A DNA stretch of 51,756 nt from the IMG/VR virus record IMGVR_UViG_3300024254_000011, positions 1-51,756 of that record, one strand, 5' to 3'. This document shows, piece by piece, positions 35,478 to 44,593 of the stretch; within the stretch, counting starts at the first letter, position 1; each line of letters starts with the position of its first letter. Below the pieces are notes generated by a model, which saw only the letters and a list, made by a program, of their open reading frames with translations, made no database searches and was not told the origin of the DNA. Made by a program: the position numbers and the translations under genes. This DNA comes from a virus. Its lineage: Duplodnaviria; Caudoviricetes.

Positions 35478-36560
35478 TTAGAATGGTGTCCATAGATTAC
35501 CCCAGTTGAAGTCGATGTTCGGGGTATAGGAGTAATCTGAGTAGCTTATACCCCGTACACGGATGAAGTCGGGAGTTACGTCGTTGACGGTGAGAGCTTC
35601 GTTACCGTCGGCTTTGCGAGCTTCGATGATAGAGGCGTTGGCCTGTTGGACCTTTAGGTTGGCTAGCTGCTTATCTCCGACCAGCGCCATTACTAGCCTA
35701 GCGCCAAGGATGCTGACCCATGCGTCTTGGAACAGCGGGTCCATTACGTTGGGATCGGTGATCTGCTTGAGATAGGTTAGAAGGGCGAATTCTTGATTGC
35801 AGAGAATGACTCGTTGAGAGCCTTTAGGCCCGTAGGTGAGATTGAAGGTAGCGCCAGTGCCAACGCCAGAGGTAGAGCCTTGCGCTACCGGATTGGTCTG
35901 GTGGGCGAAGTAGCTGCCGCCGAGGGGAGTAGCGGAACCAGCAATTTGGTTCACAACAGCTACGGTAGCGACTGCGCTGCCAGCAAGGGTAAGGACTAGA
36001 AGCTGCGCTGGAGCGCCGATAGGTGGAAGTCCTGGGCTTCCAAGGGCTAAGGTGATGGTGTCTCCGACAGCGTAGCCTGTACCACCAGCCGCTACGGTTG
36101 CGCCGATCACCGGGAAGAATTGATCTACAGAAACCTTGAACTTCACCGGAGGCCCTTGCCAGAACGCAGCAGAGCCACCTGTTACAGCGGTAGTGATTGG
36201 GACACCGCCAGTGAAGCCGGATTGGAACTGGGGAACGATGTAGAGAGGACGGAGGCAATCGACAGGGTATTGATATTCATAGGCCCAAGGTGGTGGGGGA
36301 GTCCCCGGTGTCCAGAGGTTAGTGCCAATAGCGATGTTCTCTGGAGTACCGGGGGTGGAAGTGATGTAGTTGAGGTTCACGAACGCCGAGGCGAAGTTCC
36401 ACGGTGCCATGCGGATGGTTTCATCACGCACTTGATCGAGGATTAGGTTAGCTTGGATAGCCTCGTTGGAAGTGTTGTTGTCGAGCTCTGATTGCGTTAC
36501 GGTCGAACGTGACCCTAGGCATTGCAGCGCTCGATTAACGATATCAAGTTCGGTTGTCAC
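35478..36560 (-). CDS. Tail tubular/adaptor protein A (T7 gp11-like) with a beta-rich insertion
   Basis: TELDIVNRAL..LG, PWNFA, WAYEYQYPVDCLR, ITDP..MDPLF. Confidence 0.85.
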   Translation of the reverse strand: MTTELDIVNRALQCLGSRSTVTQSELDNNTSNEAIQANLILDQVRDETIRMAPWNFASAFVNLNYITSTPGTPENIAIGTNLWTPGTPPPPWAYEYQYPVDCLRPLYIVPQFQSGFTGGVPITTAVTGGSAAFWQGPPVKFKVSVDQFFPVIGATVAAGGTGYAVGDTITLALGSPGLPPIGAPAQLLVLTLAGSAVATVAVVNQIAGSATPLGGSYFAHQTNPVAQGSTSGVGTGATFNLTYGPKGSQRVILCNQEFALLTYLKQITDPNVMDPLFQDAWVSILGARLVMALVGDKQLANLKVQQANASIIEARKADGNEALTVNDVTPDFIRVRGISYSDYSYTPNIDFNWGNLWTPF

Positions 36561-36760
36561 CGTTGTGATCCTGCTTTACGATTCTTTCCACCAAGGCCAG
36601 GGCTTCCGCTCTCACCACCTTGAGTAGAGGCGGATTGAGTACCTGAGGGGTAGACGTTGCCGTGTATGCCCGGGGACTTAGTGTCTTCGATTGAGGTTGG
36701 GCCGTAGGGGCTCTTGTAGCCCATTACGTCTTTAGACTCTGTAACTCCACCTTTAACCAT
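36557..36760 (-). CDS. Small Gly-rich protein (paralog set)
   Basis: Coupled ORF; ends GSQR. Confidence 0.65.
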   Translation of the reverse strand: MVKGGVTESKDVMGYKSPYGPTSIEDTKSPGIHGNVYPSGTQSASTQGGESGSPGLGGKNRKAGSQR

Positions 36761-36978
36761 TAGTGCCTCCCTTGTGATCCGCAGTTACCGTGGTTGACTC
36801 CGTGGTTGCCGGGGGAGCCGATAGCGCCGCCGTGGCCATGAGCTTGTTGATCGTGACCCACGTTTGCTCCGCCACGAAGCCCTGGGCCCTCACCGCCTTG
36901 ATGAATAGGACCGGTAGGCGGTTTGTAGTTGTAGATGGGTTTGCAGTAGGGTTTGCCGCCATCTGTGGTGTCTGACAT
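36760..36978 (-). CDS. Small Gly/His-rich protein (paralog set)
   Basis: TAATG coupling; ends CGSQGRH. Confidence 0.7.
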   Translation of the reverse strand: MSDTTDGGKPYCKPIYNYKPPTGPIHQGGEGPGLRGGANVGHDQQAHGHGGAIGSPGNHGVNHGNCGSQGRH

Positions 36979-37178
36979 TAGTACTTCCCCTGTGAACCAC
37001 AGTGATGTTGCGTTGTGCCTTTCATCGGGGCCTTAAGCCCACGGCCTTCGTAGACGTTCTCCTTTTTGAAGGCAACGGCTTGGCCGAGTTGGTCAACGCC
37101 ACCGGGGGAGACAGCGTGGGGATTGGGTTCTACCTTCGTCCCTTTCGTAGTCTCGACTTGGGCTCTACCTTGCTTCAT
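36978..37178 (-). CDS. Small Gly-rich protein (paralog set)
   Basis: AAGGAG RBS; ends CGSQGKY. Confidence 0.7.
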   Translation of the reverse strand: MKQGRAQVETTKGTKVEPNPHAVSPGGVDQLGQAVAFKKENVYEGRGLKAPMKGTTQHHCGSQGKY

Positions 37179-37560
37179 CTTTCTCTCCTTTGTGAGTCTG
37201 CTTGATTAGCAGACGGGTATGGTCGTAGCGGTTGAGAGGATCGGTTGCCATTTCTCTCCGGACCTTTTCAAAGGCACCGGTATCGGAGTGCATCTCGGAT
37301 AGGATTTGGCGGTAGCGATCGTCGCAGCGCCTAGCCTCGGCTTTGATCCATTCAGGGGGTTCCTGTCCGATTTCCTGATGCATGTGCATAACGTCGTGAA
37401 CGTCGTGCATGTACATGATGAACCTTCGCATACGTTCAGGGACCTCGGACTCAGCGTCAACGATATAGGCGATTACCTTGCCAACGAGGTCAACGAGGGT
37501 CTTCTGGTCTCGAGCAATGCGCTGGAGGTAGTGTAGCTCGTCTTGTTCTTCACTTGCCAT
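37165..37560 (-). CDS. Helical hypothetical protein
   Basis: Start moved to MASEEQ at 37560. Confidence 0.7.
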   Translation of the reverse strand: MASEEQDELHYLQRIARDQKTLVDLVGKVIAYIVDAESEVPERMRRFIMYMHDVHDVMHMHQEIGQEPPEWIKAEARRCDDRYRQILSEMHSDTGAFEKVRREMATDPLNRYDHTRLLIKQTHKGEKDEAR

Positions 37561-37726
37561 TGTCTTGGAAACCCATCCTCTTCTTCTTGCGCAAGATGCC
37601 GGTCTTGGCATCTGCTTGGTTGAATTCTTTGGCAACGGAGACAGGAACGCCTACCTTCTTGGCGAAGGAAGGGTTATGCGCTGCCCCTGCCATCATTCGG
37701 GCTTGTGAAGGAGATTTGCTTGGCAT
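37550..37726 (-). CDS. Small basic phage protein (58 aa, not in the ORF track)
   Basis: GGAGG RBS; MPSKSPSQARMMAGAAHNPSFAKKVGVPVSVAKEFNQAD. Confidence 0.7.
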   Translation of the reverse strand: MPSKSPSQARMMAGAAHNPSFAKKVGVPVSVAKEFNQADAKTGILRKKKRMGFQDNGK

Positions 37727-38139
37727 TATGCCTCCTTGTCTTCTACTCGTTGAACTGCTGCTGCTGTGATTGGAGCTTTACTTGCTCCTAAGCCGGTGAG
37801 GGCCCAAACGTTAGGGGAGAGTTGGTGCCAATAGGTAGTAGGGCTGTAGATATCGCTGGTGGTGAACTGAGTACGGATCACAGCGCCTAGGGTAGGGCCT
37901 TTGGCGTAGAAAGAGTTGACAGCGGTAGCGTCTAAAGGCTCTACGTCAGGCGTTGGGGTCCAAGGGAAGAACATGTCTCGAATTACACCTGCTTGGATGA
38001 ACTCTCCGTCTAGATAGTGGTCTTTTAGAAAGCGAAACCTTCCTTGCGCTGTATCGAACTCTGTACCGAGGACGAGGTTGTTTGCGGTGAGGAACACCGT
38101 GTTTGGCGTTGGAGATAAGACTGTTCCGAAAACTGCCAT
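37726..38139 (-). CDS. Hypothetical late protein, partial paralog of 40426-40935
   Basis: Start moved to 38139; RFLKDHYL and PTPDVEPLDA. Confidence 0.7.
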   Translation of the reverse strand: MAVFGTVLSPTPNTVFLTANNLVLGTEFDTAQGRFRFLKDHYLDGEFIQAGVIRDMFFPWTPTPDVEPLDATAVNSFYAKGPTLGAVIRTQFTTSDIYSPTTYWHQLSPNVWALTGLGASKAPITAAAVQRVEDKEA

Positions 38140-38140
38140 G

Positions 38141-40285
38141 TTAGAAGCACGGAATGTACCGTGTAGCGCCTGTGTTGTCTTGGATAGTGAGCCACTTTTG
38201 AACAGTGGTGGAAGCACCAGCGGGGCCAACGCTGCCTAAGACGGTAGCGACAGCGGCGTTAGCGGAGAAGTTGGGTGCACCGGAGAATTTGATCTGGCCA
38301 CCAGCGACAAAGCGTAGTTGCTCAAGGCCACCGGTCTTTATGATGAAGTCTCGGTCAGCGCCAGCGCCTAGGTGCTCGGTTCCAGCGATAAAGGTGTCAG
38401 CGGTCCAGCGCAGGACTCCTCGTTCGGAGTTAGCGCCGCCGTTGTTCTCTAGAACGATGTAAGGCCGTTGCCCGCTAGGGTTGACAGCGGGAAGGAAGAG
38501 CCATCCACCCCAATTCAGCTGCCAGAGGTTAGGATCGGTGTTTGTGCCCTTGTTAGGGGCCATGAAATTGAGGATGCTGTGAGAGCTAGTGGAAGGAGGG
38601 GTGACTCCGTCAGTGCCAACAGCAGGGTTGATCTGTAGCCCGCCGTTACCGGATTGTGGAGCTATCCATGCGCTGTTATTCCACATGATCGTTCCAGCGG
38701 CATCAGTGATACCACCAAAACCACCGGGGGTACGCATACGGATAGCGGCAACTAGGCTGAAGTTAGCGTCGAAAGCAACGTTGTTGGTTTCACCTACTTG
38801 GAAGCAGCTGTCGAAGGCTATGCCGTCAGCGCCAGCGCCGTGGATAGTTGCGTTATCACCAATACGGATAGCGGTGGCAAACATTCTGGCGCCGCCATTC
38901 TGAATGTTCATAAAGTCACGACAGGTGCTTCCGTTCGTCCAGCTACCAAGTTGGTATTGAAAGCCGCTAACGTCAGGGTAGGGGCAGATCACTTGCTCAA
39001 CGCTATCGCCGACTGTCCAAGTAGCTGTGGTGGTTTCGCAGATGATTTCGTTGGTGTAAGCGCCGTTGGCGTCGGTAACGATACGGAGGACACGAACTGC
39101 TGGACGGATGAGGTAGGTTCCAGCGCCAGGACCTTTGCCATGGTAGGAACCGTCACCGGCAATGGTTGTGGTGAAGATACCGAGATGGGTTGCGTCGGTA
39201 ACGGATGAAATCTGATACCAGGATTTAAGGGTACCAGCGCCACCAGAGAATGGGAAGCTGGTGTAGTTGTCAGCGACGAGGGTTATAGCGCCGATGTTCA
39301 ATGCGTTGCCGCCGACGATGCTGTTAGTCCAAGCTGTACCGGTGCCAACGAAGCCACCACCAGAGATTGATGATACGGTGCCAGTGGAGTAGCTTGTACC
39401 GCTTAGATTGACGAGGACACGGTCTTGGCCGAACAGCGAGCTATCCCCAACTGATATTCTCAGCGCAGGAGTGACGGTAACGCCAAGGTTGTGGTTGAAG
39501 AGGAAGACCCCGGTGATGCTGGTTGGAGTGAAGGAGATAACTTGTACTGCTTCTAGATTAGCAGCGCCAGAGGGGACGGACTGCTCGATAACAACCCAAT
39601 CTCCGTTAGATATGCCAGCAGTGCTTACGACGGTGACTGTCTGCTGAGATTTGGATTTGGAGATTGCTTGAGTGGTTGTGGTGTTGACGGTTGATTGCGC
39701 TGGCTTGGCGGTGATAGTGCCGGAGTTGAGATAGTTCTGCTGAAAGAGGGCAGAAACAACTCCCCAAGCCTGTCCTTCGTCACCATCGACAGGGCCGCCA
39801 GCGAAGAGGACGTGGTTGTTGGCGAAGATCGCTGTGTCGCCCATGCCGTAGGCAAGGAGGGTGTTATTGAAGATGAACTTCTGTCCAGCGGCGTTGGATT
39901 GCATGAAGTTGTTCTGGACTGAGAAGGTTTGCTTGGCAATGGTTAGACCGCCAACGATATTCTGACCATGGCGAGGGAAGATTGAGTTGTTTACTGTTTC
40001 GTTAGCGGAGAATTGTGGATCGGTTTGAGAACAGTCGGTGATGACTTTGTTCTGCGCAGCCCAACGATCGCTAGCGTTGCCGCTGACGGTAGGGTTTACT
40101 ACGTTGAGGGAGAAGCCGTGGATTAGAGCTAGAGGATCGGTCCCTGGACCGACGGATGGGATCAGCGCCAGCAGTTGGTTGATGGCGCTTTGAACATCTG
40201 TGGCGGTAAGAGCCCCCGACGGGCTAAAGATAATGAGGTTAGCCGCCGGGGGAACAGTTGCAATAGGGAAGGCGTTAATTGACAT
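38141..40285 (-). CDS. Tail fibre/spike, candidate receptor-binding protein
   Basis: 714 aa, G/T/S/N-rich; LTATDVQSAINQL anchor motif; C-terminal RYIPCF. Confidence 0.75.
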   Translation of the reverse strand: MSINAFPIATVPPAANLIIFSPSGALTATDVQSAINQLLALIPSVGPGTDPLALIHGFSLNVVNPTVSGNASDRWAAQNKVITDCSQTDPQFSANETVNNSIFPRHGQNIVGGLTIAKQTFSVQNNFMQSNAAGQKFIFNNTLLAYGMGDTAIFANNHVLFAGGPVDGDEGQAWGVVSALFQQNYLNSGTITAKPAQSTVNTTTTQAISKSKSQQTVTVVSTAGISNGDWVVIEQSVPSGAANLEAVQVISFTPTSITGVFLFNHNLGVTVTPALRISVGDSSLFGQDRVLVNLSGTSYSTGTVSSISGGGFVGTGTAWTNSIVGGNALNIGAITLVADNYTSFPFSGGAGTLKSWYQISSVTDATHLGIFTTTIAGDGSYHGKGPGAGTYLIRPAVRVLRIVTDANGAYTNEIICETTTATWTVGDSVEQVICPYPDVSGFQYQLGSWTNGSTCRDFMNIQNGGARMFATAIRIGDNATIHGAGADGIAFDSCFQVGETNNVAFDANFSLVAAIRMRTPGGFGGITDAAGTIMWNNSAWIAPQSGNGGLQINPAVGTDGVTPPSTSSHSILNFMAPNKGTNTDPNLWQLNWGGWLFLPAVNPSGQRPYIVLENNGGANSERGVLRWTADTFIAGTEHLGAGADRDFIIKTGGLEQLRFVAGGQIKFSGAPNFSANAAVATVLGSVGPAGASTTVQKWLTIQDNTGATRYIPCF

Positions 40286-40424
40286 TAGATGCTTCTTTCT
40301 GCTGCTTATGTTCTACCATCTGCCGGTTTATCTCGAAGATAACCGGCGCTGACTTTTTATATGGTAGCTCCATCAGCGCCTCAGCGATAACGTTCAGCAT
40401 CTCATCAGTGAACTCAAGTTTCAT
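40275..40424 (-). CDS. 49-aa helical protein, possible fibre chaperone (not in the ORF track)
   Basis: LNVIAEALMELPYKKSAPVIFEINRQ pattern; adjacent to the fibre gene. Confidence 0.6.
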   Translation of the reverse strand: MKLEFTDEMLNVIAEALMELPYKKSAPVIFEINRQMVEHKQQKEASNVN

Positions 40425-40425
40425 G

Positions 40426-40935
40426 TTAGCCCCTGCGCAATGGTCTCTCTGACACTTGCGCCTGGAGCTTAGCGTTCTGCTCCATCAGCGCCTTCATTTG
40501 CGCTTGGAGCTCAGCGAAGGCTTTAGGATCAACCCCTGAGGAGACTGGTTGGAACTGTGCTTGTTCCATCTTCGCCATGAAGTTCTTGATGAGGGACTCG
40601 CCGAAGTCGAGGCCTTCTTCTTTCTTGGTCCATACACCAGAGTCTTGAAACGACTTGCTAATTCTCTTAGCTTCCGCATCGATCGGCTCCATGTCTGGCG
40701 TTGGATCGCCAATGAAGATGATATCACGGGGTTGAGGGTCGTTGCCGTCGCAGACGATGATTTCACCGAGTTCAGGGTAGTTGTGGTCAGCGGGGTCTTT
40801 GGGTTCGAGGACCCGGGGGACCTTGTAGACCTTTCTGGCTTGCCGACCGGTGTTGCGATCGGTTTCTTTGAATTCGATTTCAGCCGGAGGGTCGGTGTTG
40901 AGGTAGTGACCGACCATTAGTTTCCATCTTGCCAT
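40426..40935 (-). CDS. Hypothetical late protein with C-terminal coiled coil
   Basis: RWKLMVGHYL and PTPDMEPIDA. Confidence 0.8.
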   Translation of the reverse strand: MARWKLMVGHYLNTDPPAEIEFKETDRNTGRQARKVYKVPRVLEPKDPADHNYPELGEIIVCDGNDPQPRDIIFIGDPTPDMEPIDAEAKRISKSFQDSGVWTKKEEGLDFGESLIKNFMAKMEQAQFQPVSSGVDPKAFAELQAQMKALMEQNAKLQAQVSERPLRRG

Positions 40936-40944
40936 TTGGGGCTC

Positions 40945-41367
40945 CTATTGCTTCCCTACACAGACGTAGGTGATGGTGTTGCCGGAAGAAGAGGTTTGGG
41001 TGACGGTGATAGCGGTGGTAGAGAGTGTGTAGGAGAAGGAGGCTAGAACGCCGCTGGCGGGGGAAAGGACGCAGGTCGGCGTTGCGGTGAAGGCCGTGGT
41101 GAAGGTGATAACGCAGCCGGTGGCTGTGGTGCCGGTGACGACGGTTCCAGCGAGGTTAGAGCCAACGATTGTTGGAGAGCCACCGCCACAGCCGGAGAGG
41201 ACAGGGGCAGGGCCGGTGCTAGAGAGGTTACCTGTACCGAGTACTGCTCGGCCCAAGGTGTCGAAGACTATTGGTCCTCTATCACCGGGAATGGTTTGGA
41301 CAGAGGTCTGCGCTAAAGCGACGGTTCCTAGAAGGATAAGACCAAGTGTAATAGGCCAACGTTTCAT
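40945..41367 (-). CDS. Signal-peptide-bearing protein with a fibre-tip-like domain
   Basis: MKRWPITLGLILLGTVALA|Q; CVITFTTAFTATPTC...ITYVCVG. Confidence 0.75.
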   Translation of the reverse strand: MKRWPITLGLILLGTVALAQTSVQTIPGDRGPIVFDTLGRAVLGTGNLSSTGPAPVLSGCGGGSPTIVGSNLAGTVVTGTTATGCVITFTTAFTATPTCVLSPASGVLASFSYTLSTTAITVTQTSSSGNTITYVCVGKQ

Positions 41368-41376
41368 CTGTTCCCC

Positions 41377-41808
41377 CTATTGTGCGTAGTAGAGCATGAT
41401 TGAAAGGGGACCTGTGCCTGTGGTTACGAGACAGAGGTCGTTGGCAACGCCGGAAGAGTTGACGGAGGGGATAGAGAACCCACCGAAGTCTTTATGGTCC
41501 ACCATAACGCCGTTGATCGGAAGGGAGAAGACGGGGATGAGAGTAGTGGTGCCGGTACCGCAGTTGGTGCCTGTGCCATAGGATACTGAGAAGGTTGCCG
41601 TTGCTGCGCCAGCGCCAGCAGCCCATCCGCAGATGCTGATGGAAGTGCCGGAGATGCCGGAGATGATTTTGGTCAGCGCAACAGCGCCTTGTGAGACTTG
41701 GAAGAACTTGTTGCATACGATCACCTGCCCTGAGCCAGGGGAAGGTTGAGAAGCTGCTGGCACCGCCGATGCAAGTGCCAGAAGCAGTGCCAGCAGAAGT
41801 CGTTTCAT
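41377..41808 (-). CDS. Signal-peptide-bearing beta-sandwich protein
   Basis: MKRLLLALLLALASAVPAAS|Q; 4 Cys. Confidence 0.75.
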   Translation of the reverse strand: MKRLLLALLLALASAVPAASQPSPGSGQVIVCNKFFQVSQGAVALTKIISGISGTSISICGWAAGAGAATATFSVSYGTGTNCGTGTTTLIPVFSLPINGVMVDHKDFGGFSIPSVNSSGVANDLCLVTTGTGPLSIMLYYAQ

Positions 41809-41811
41809 CGA

Positions 41812-42210
41812 TTACCTTACTTTGTACCACTTAGCCGTACCAGCTGAGTATTGCCACTCGACTGAGGTACCGGCGCTAAGGGTTTGGTTGGTGTAGGTTG
41901 CGTTGAGGGTTTGTCCTGTGTTAGCGGTCAGGGTCACCATCGTTGTGAGGGTGGTGTCCGTTGCGATAGTCAGGATTTGCCCATCGACAGGCGCAGCAGG
42001 AGTTGTGATCGTTACAGTTGTTGGGGCTGTACCGGTCCAGAAGTAGGTAGAGTCCTGCGGACGCATGGTGTAGGTGATAGCGCCAGAGCCAGATGCTACG
42101 ACTAAGCCAGCCGAAGCGGTGATCTGGTTCGGGAACGCGAAGTCTTCTGTTCCGCCAGGCCCTGCCATTACGCGGAACAGGGCGTTGCTAGGAAGGGAAG
42201 CCCAGGTCAT
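41812..42210 (-). CDS. Thr-rich putative capsid decoration/fibre protein
   Basis: GGAGG RBS; PAAPVDGQILTI...WQY...KWYKV. Confidence 0.7.
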   Translation of the reverse strand: MTWASLPSNALFRVMAGPGGTEDFAFPNQITASAGLVVASGSGAITYTMRPQDSTYFWTGTAPTTVTITTPAAPVDGQILTIATDTTLTTMVTLTANTGQTLNATYTNQTLSAGTSVEWQYSAGTAKWYKVR

Positions 42211-42219
42211 GAGTCCCTC

Positions 42220-42777
42220 CTAGTTTGCGACGGTAACGCCAGCAGGATAACCTCCAAGGGTTGCGTTGCTCGTGCCTTGATACATCTGATCGACACGATC
42301 AATGACAATCCATGCGCCAAGGGCACCAGCGGAATGGGTACCGACGGAGACGTAACCTAGGCGAAGGAAGCGTGGGACACCAACGCCAGCCGGTGGACGA
42401 GGCATGTCCATGTCGTAGAGGCGAGCCCCTGCGACAAGGGTTGCTTCGGCGTAGACTGGTGATGCCCACCAATTGGTGTATGAGCCGGGGGCTCCAGAGC
42501 CGTTGTCAGGTGCGCCTTGTAGGACGACCTGAAGGCTAGTGCCTCCGGTGATGGCGGTTGTGACTTGGACTAGAAGCTTCAGCGCAGGATCGTCACCAAT
42601 GCCGATATCTCTGGCGCCTTGCAGGTTGGCAAGGACCGGGATACCAGCCATATGGAGGTCGATGATGTTGCTGGAGTTCTGAGTACCAGTCGTTGGGAGG
42701 TCGTAGTTAGTTCCAGTAACGACGATACCTCCGGTGGCCGGTGCGCCAGTGAACTGGAGAAATGCATCAAGGATCAT
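42220..42777 (-). CDS. Capsid cement protein (BPP-1 Bbp16-like)
   Basis: MILD..LQF...SSNIIDL...RDIGIG...RFLRLGY; directly after the capsid gene. Confidence 0.8.
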   Translation of the reverse strand: MILDAFLQFTGAPATGGIVVTGTNYDLPTTGTQNSSNIIDLHMAGIPVLANLQGARDIGIGDDPALKLLVQVTTAITGGTSLQVVLQGAPDNGSGAPGSYTNWWASPVYAEATLVAGARLYDMDMPRPPAGVGVPRFLRLGYVSVGTHSAGALGAWIVIDRVDQMYQGTSNATLGGYPAGVTVAN

Positions 42778-42778
42778 A

Positions 42779-43822
42779 TCAGGTCACCGTTGTTTCGTTG
42801 TTAAGGATCGCATCGCAGGTGCGAACCGGGATGCCACGGAAGGTCGTGACGGGTTTGCCATCGAACTCCTCGATACGGAGAAGCACGTTGGTTTTGTTCA
42901 TCGCTTGGAGGTCGAGGTAGGTACGGATGACACGGTTGCAGTAGATGACCGTGCGACCCATGTTTGCTCGGACCTCTGGAGCATCGGAGGTCTGGATGGT
43001 GGTGGCAGAGACCGGTGCGGTCGGGAGGCGGTAGAGAGCTCGAACGAGAAGGTTGATCAGGTTCGCCGCCGATACGCCGGTGAGAAGGGTTACGTCGATG
43101 TTACAGATGCGAGCGACATAACGCCAGTCTCTAAGCACCAAGCCGATTTCCCATTTGAAGTGATCACGATAGGCTTGGTAGGTGTTGGAGGCTGAATCTA
43201 GGACTGGCCATTCACCCATATCACGGTGTTGGAGGCCGGTGATCTTGCCCTTTGGGAAGGTTGCGTGGAGAGTATCTGCTCCCCATACAGCGATCCACAT
43301 GGAAGTGTTGGTTGAGGCAGCGCCACCGCCAGAGAGCACGTTAGCTGCGGTGTTTGCGTTCGCAGCGGTGAGTGTGGAGTAACGTGGGGCAAGTCCGGTG
43401 AAGCGTTCAGGGTTGACGGACTGGTTGCCGTAGATCAGGGTAGAGGCTACCTGTTGGGACATGCCCTCAAGGAAGGCCTTTACTTCTGAGAGACGGAACT
43501 CTGCGGTGTTGCCGTTGAGGTCAGCGATATCTTTGTCGATGACCGCGTAGGTTTCGAGGTTACCGCAGGTGTCAACGATCTGCGATGTGGTTGACTTGGC
43601 ATTGGGAACGCCTTGGTTCAGCAAACGCCAAGTGGCTTGTGGGAGGCCGGTACGGACGGTAGTTTTGTGTCCGGTTGGGAGATTGCCTTCGACGACGAGC
43701 ATATCGTCGAGGATTTCGTTGGTCTGAGAGAGGAGTTCGATAATCGATGCGACTCGATAGTCGTCCCCCATCCTCTTAGCCCAATCCGCATATGTTAGTG
43801 CGGTTGTGCCGAGCGTGGCCAT
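42779..43822 (-). CDS. Major capsid protein (BPP-1 Bbp17-like)
   Basis: LTYADWAKR...IIELLSQTNEILDD...RTGLP..TWR...FRGIPVRTCDAI. Confidence 0.92.
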   Translation of the reverse strand: MATLGTTALTYADWAKRMGDDYRVASIIELLSQTNEILDDMLVVEGNLPTGHKTTVRTGLPQATWRLLNQGVPNAKSTTSQIVDTCGNLETYAVIDKDIADLNGNTAEFRLSEVKAFLEGMSQQVASTLIYGNQSVNPERFTGLAPRYSTLTAANANTAANVLSGGGAASTNTSMWIAVWGADTLHATFPKGKITGLQHRDMGEWPVLDSASNTYQAYRDHFKWEIGLVLRDWRYVARICNIDVTLLTGVSAANLINLLVRALYRLPTAPVSATTIQTSDAPEVRANMGRTVIYCNRVIRTYLDLQAMNKTNVLLRIEEFDGKPVTTFRGIPVRTCDAILNNETTVT

Positions 43823-43903
43823 TTAGGCCCTCCTAGCTGGTTAAGGGTCATGGTGAGGTCCGTTCCCATCTGCGCATTGCGGTTCATCCTCTCTGAGGCA
43901 GGG

Positions 43904-44593
43904 TCAGGGTAGGTTCGGATAGAGCGCACGGGCGGTGGATGGTCGATCCGAAGCGCCGGGTGCAGTCTGACCGAATTTCGTTGGGCCTGAGCCAGCGACA
44001 TGACCGCCTTCGGTCACTTGCTGAGCTAGGCGCCAGAAGGCCTTGATGAAGGCTAGGTTGTTCCCTGCTCCTGTGTAGTCCATTGCTGCACGGAAGTCAG
44101 AGGCTAGCTTGGCATCTCCAAGGCCATCAATTGCTCTTGAGATTGTGGTCCTAACGTCATTAAGCTTTGGCCCGATTTCAGGGTCAAGACGTACAGCGTT
44201 TTGCCACTCGGTTTGGGTTTTTTCCCAGAGCTTATAGGGGGCAGCGGCTGCGTCTTGGGACTGCTTTGCGTAGTAGTCGATAAGCTTTTGTCCTTCTGAC
44301 TGGGAAAGATTAAGGTCCTTGAATAGTGCGGCGACTTCCTTGGTCGTCTCTTCTGGCATCTCAAAGCCTTCCGGGACTTTGAATGCTTCGTACTTCTCGG
44401 GGGCACCTTCGGGTTCCTTGGTGTCGGGCTTCTTCTCCCCTTCGTTGACGATAGAGGACTTGGACGAAGGTTCATCTGGCTTCGTCTCCGTCGTCGGTGT
44501 CGGTGTAGTAGGTGGTGGGGTCGGGCTCTGATCCTTGATCTCGCCCGTTGGTGTTCTGATCTCTGGTTCGTTCGCTAGCGCTACGTCGCTCAT
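43904..44593 (-). CDS. Capsid scaffolding protein
   Basis: P/T/E-rich N-terminus, GAPEKY, GAGNN, ends ARALYPNL; precedes the capsid gene. Confidence 0.8.
   Translation of the reverse strand: MSDVALANEPEIRTPTGEIKDQSPTPPPTTPTPTTETKPDEPSSKSSIVNEGEKKPDTKEPEGAPEKYEAFKVPEGFEMPEETTKEVAALFKDLNLSQSEGQKLIDYYAKQSQDAAAAPYKLWEKTQTEWQNAVRLDPEIGPKLNDVRTTISRAIDGLGDAKLASDFRAAMDYTGAGNNLAFIKAFWRLAQQVTEGGHVAGSGPTKFGQTAPGASDRPSTARALYPNLP

Noticed and set aside
28910-40285. Diversity-generating retroelement, expected from the BPP-1-like structural genes
   Set aside because: No reverse transcriptase or Avd-like ORF and no adenine-specific TR/VR pair seen; the repeats here are in-frame protein repeats.
43823-43903. 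Possible ncRNA in the capsid gene leader (and in 34414-34473)
   Set aside because: Only short hairpins are visible and no known motif was recognised; covariation data would be needed.
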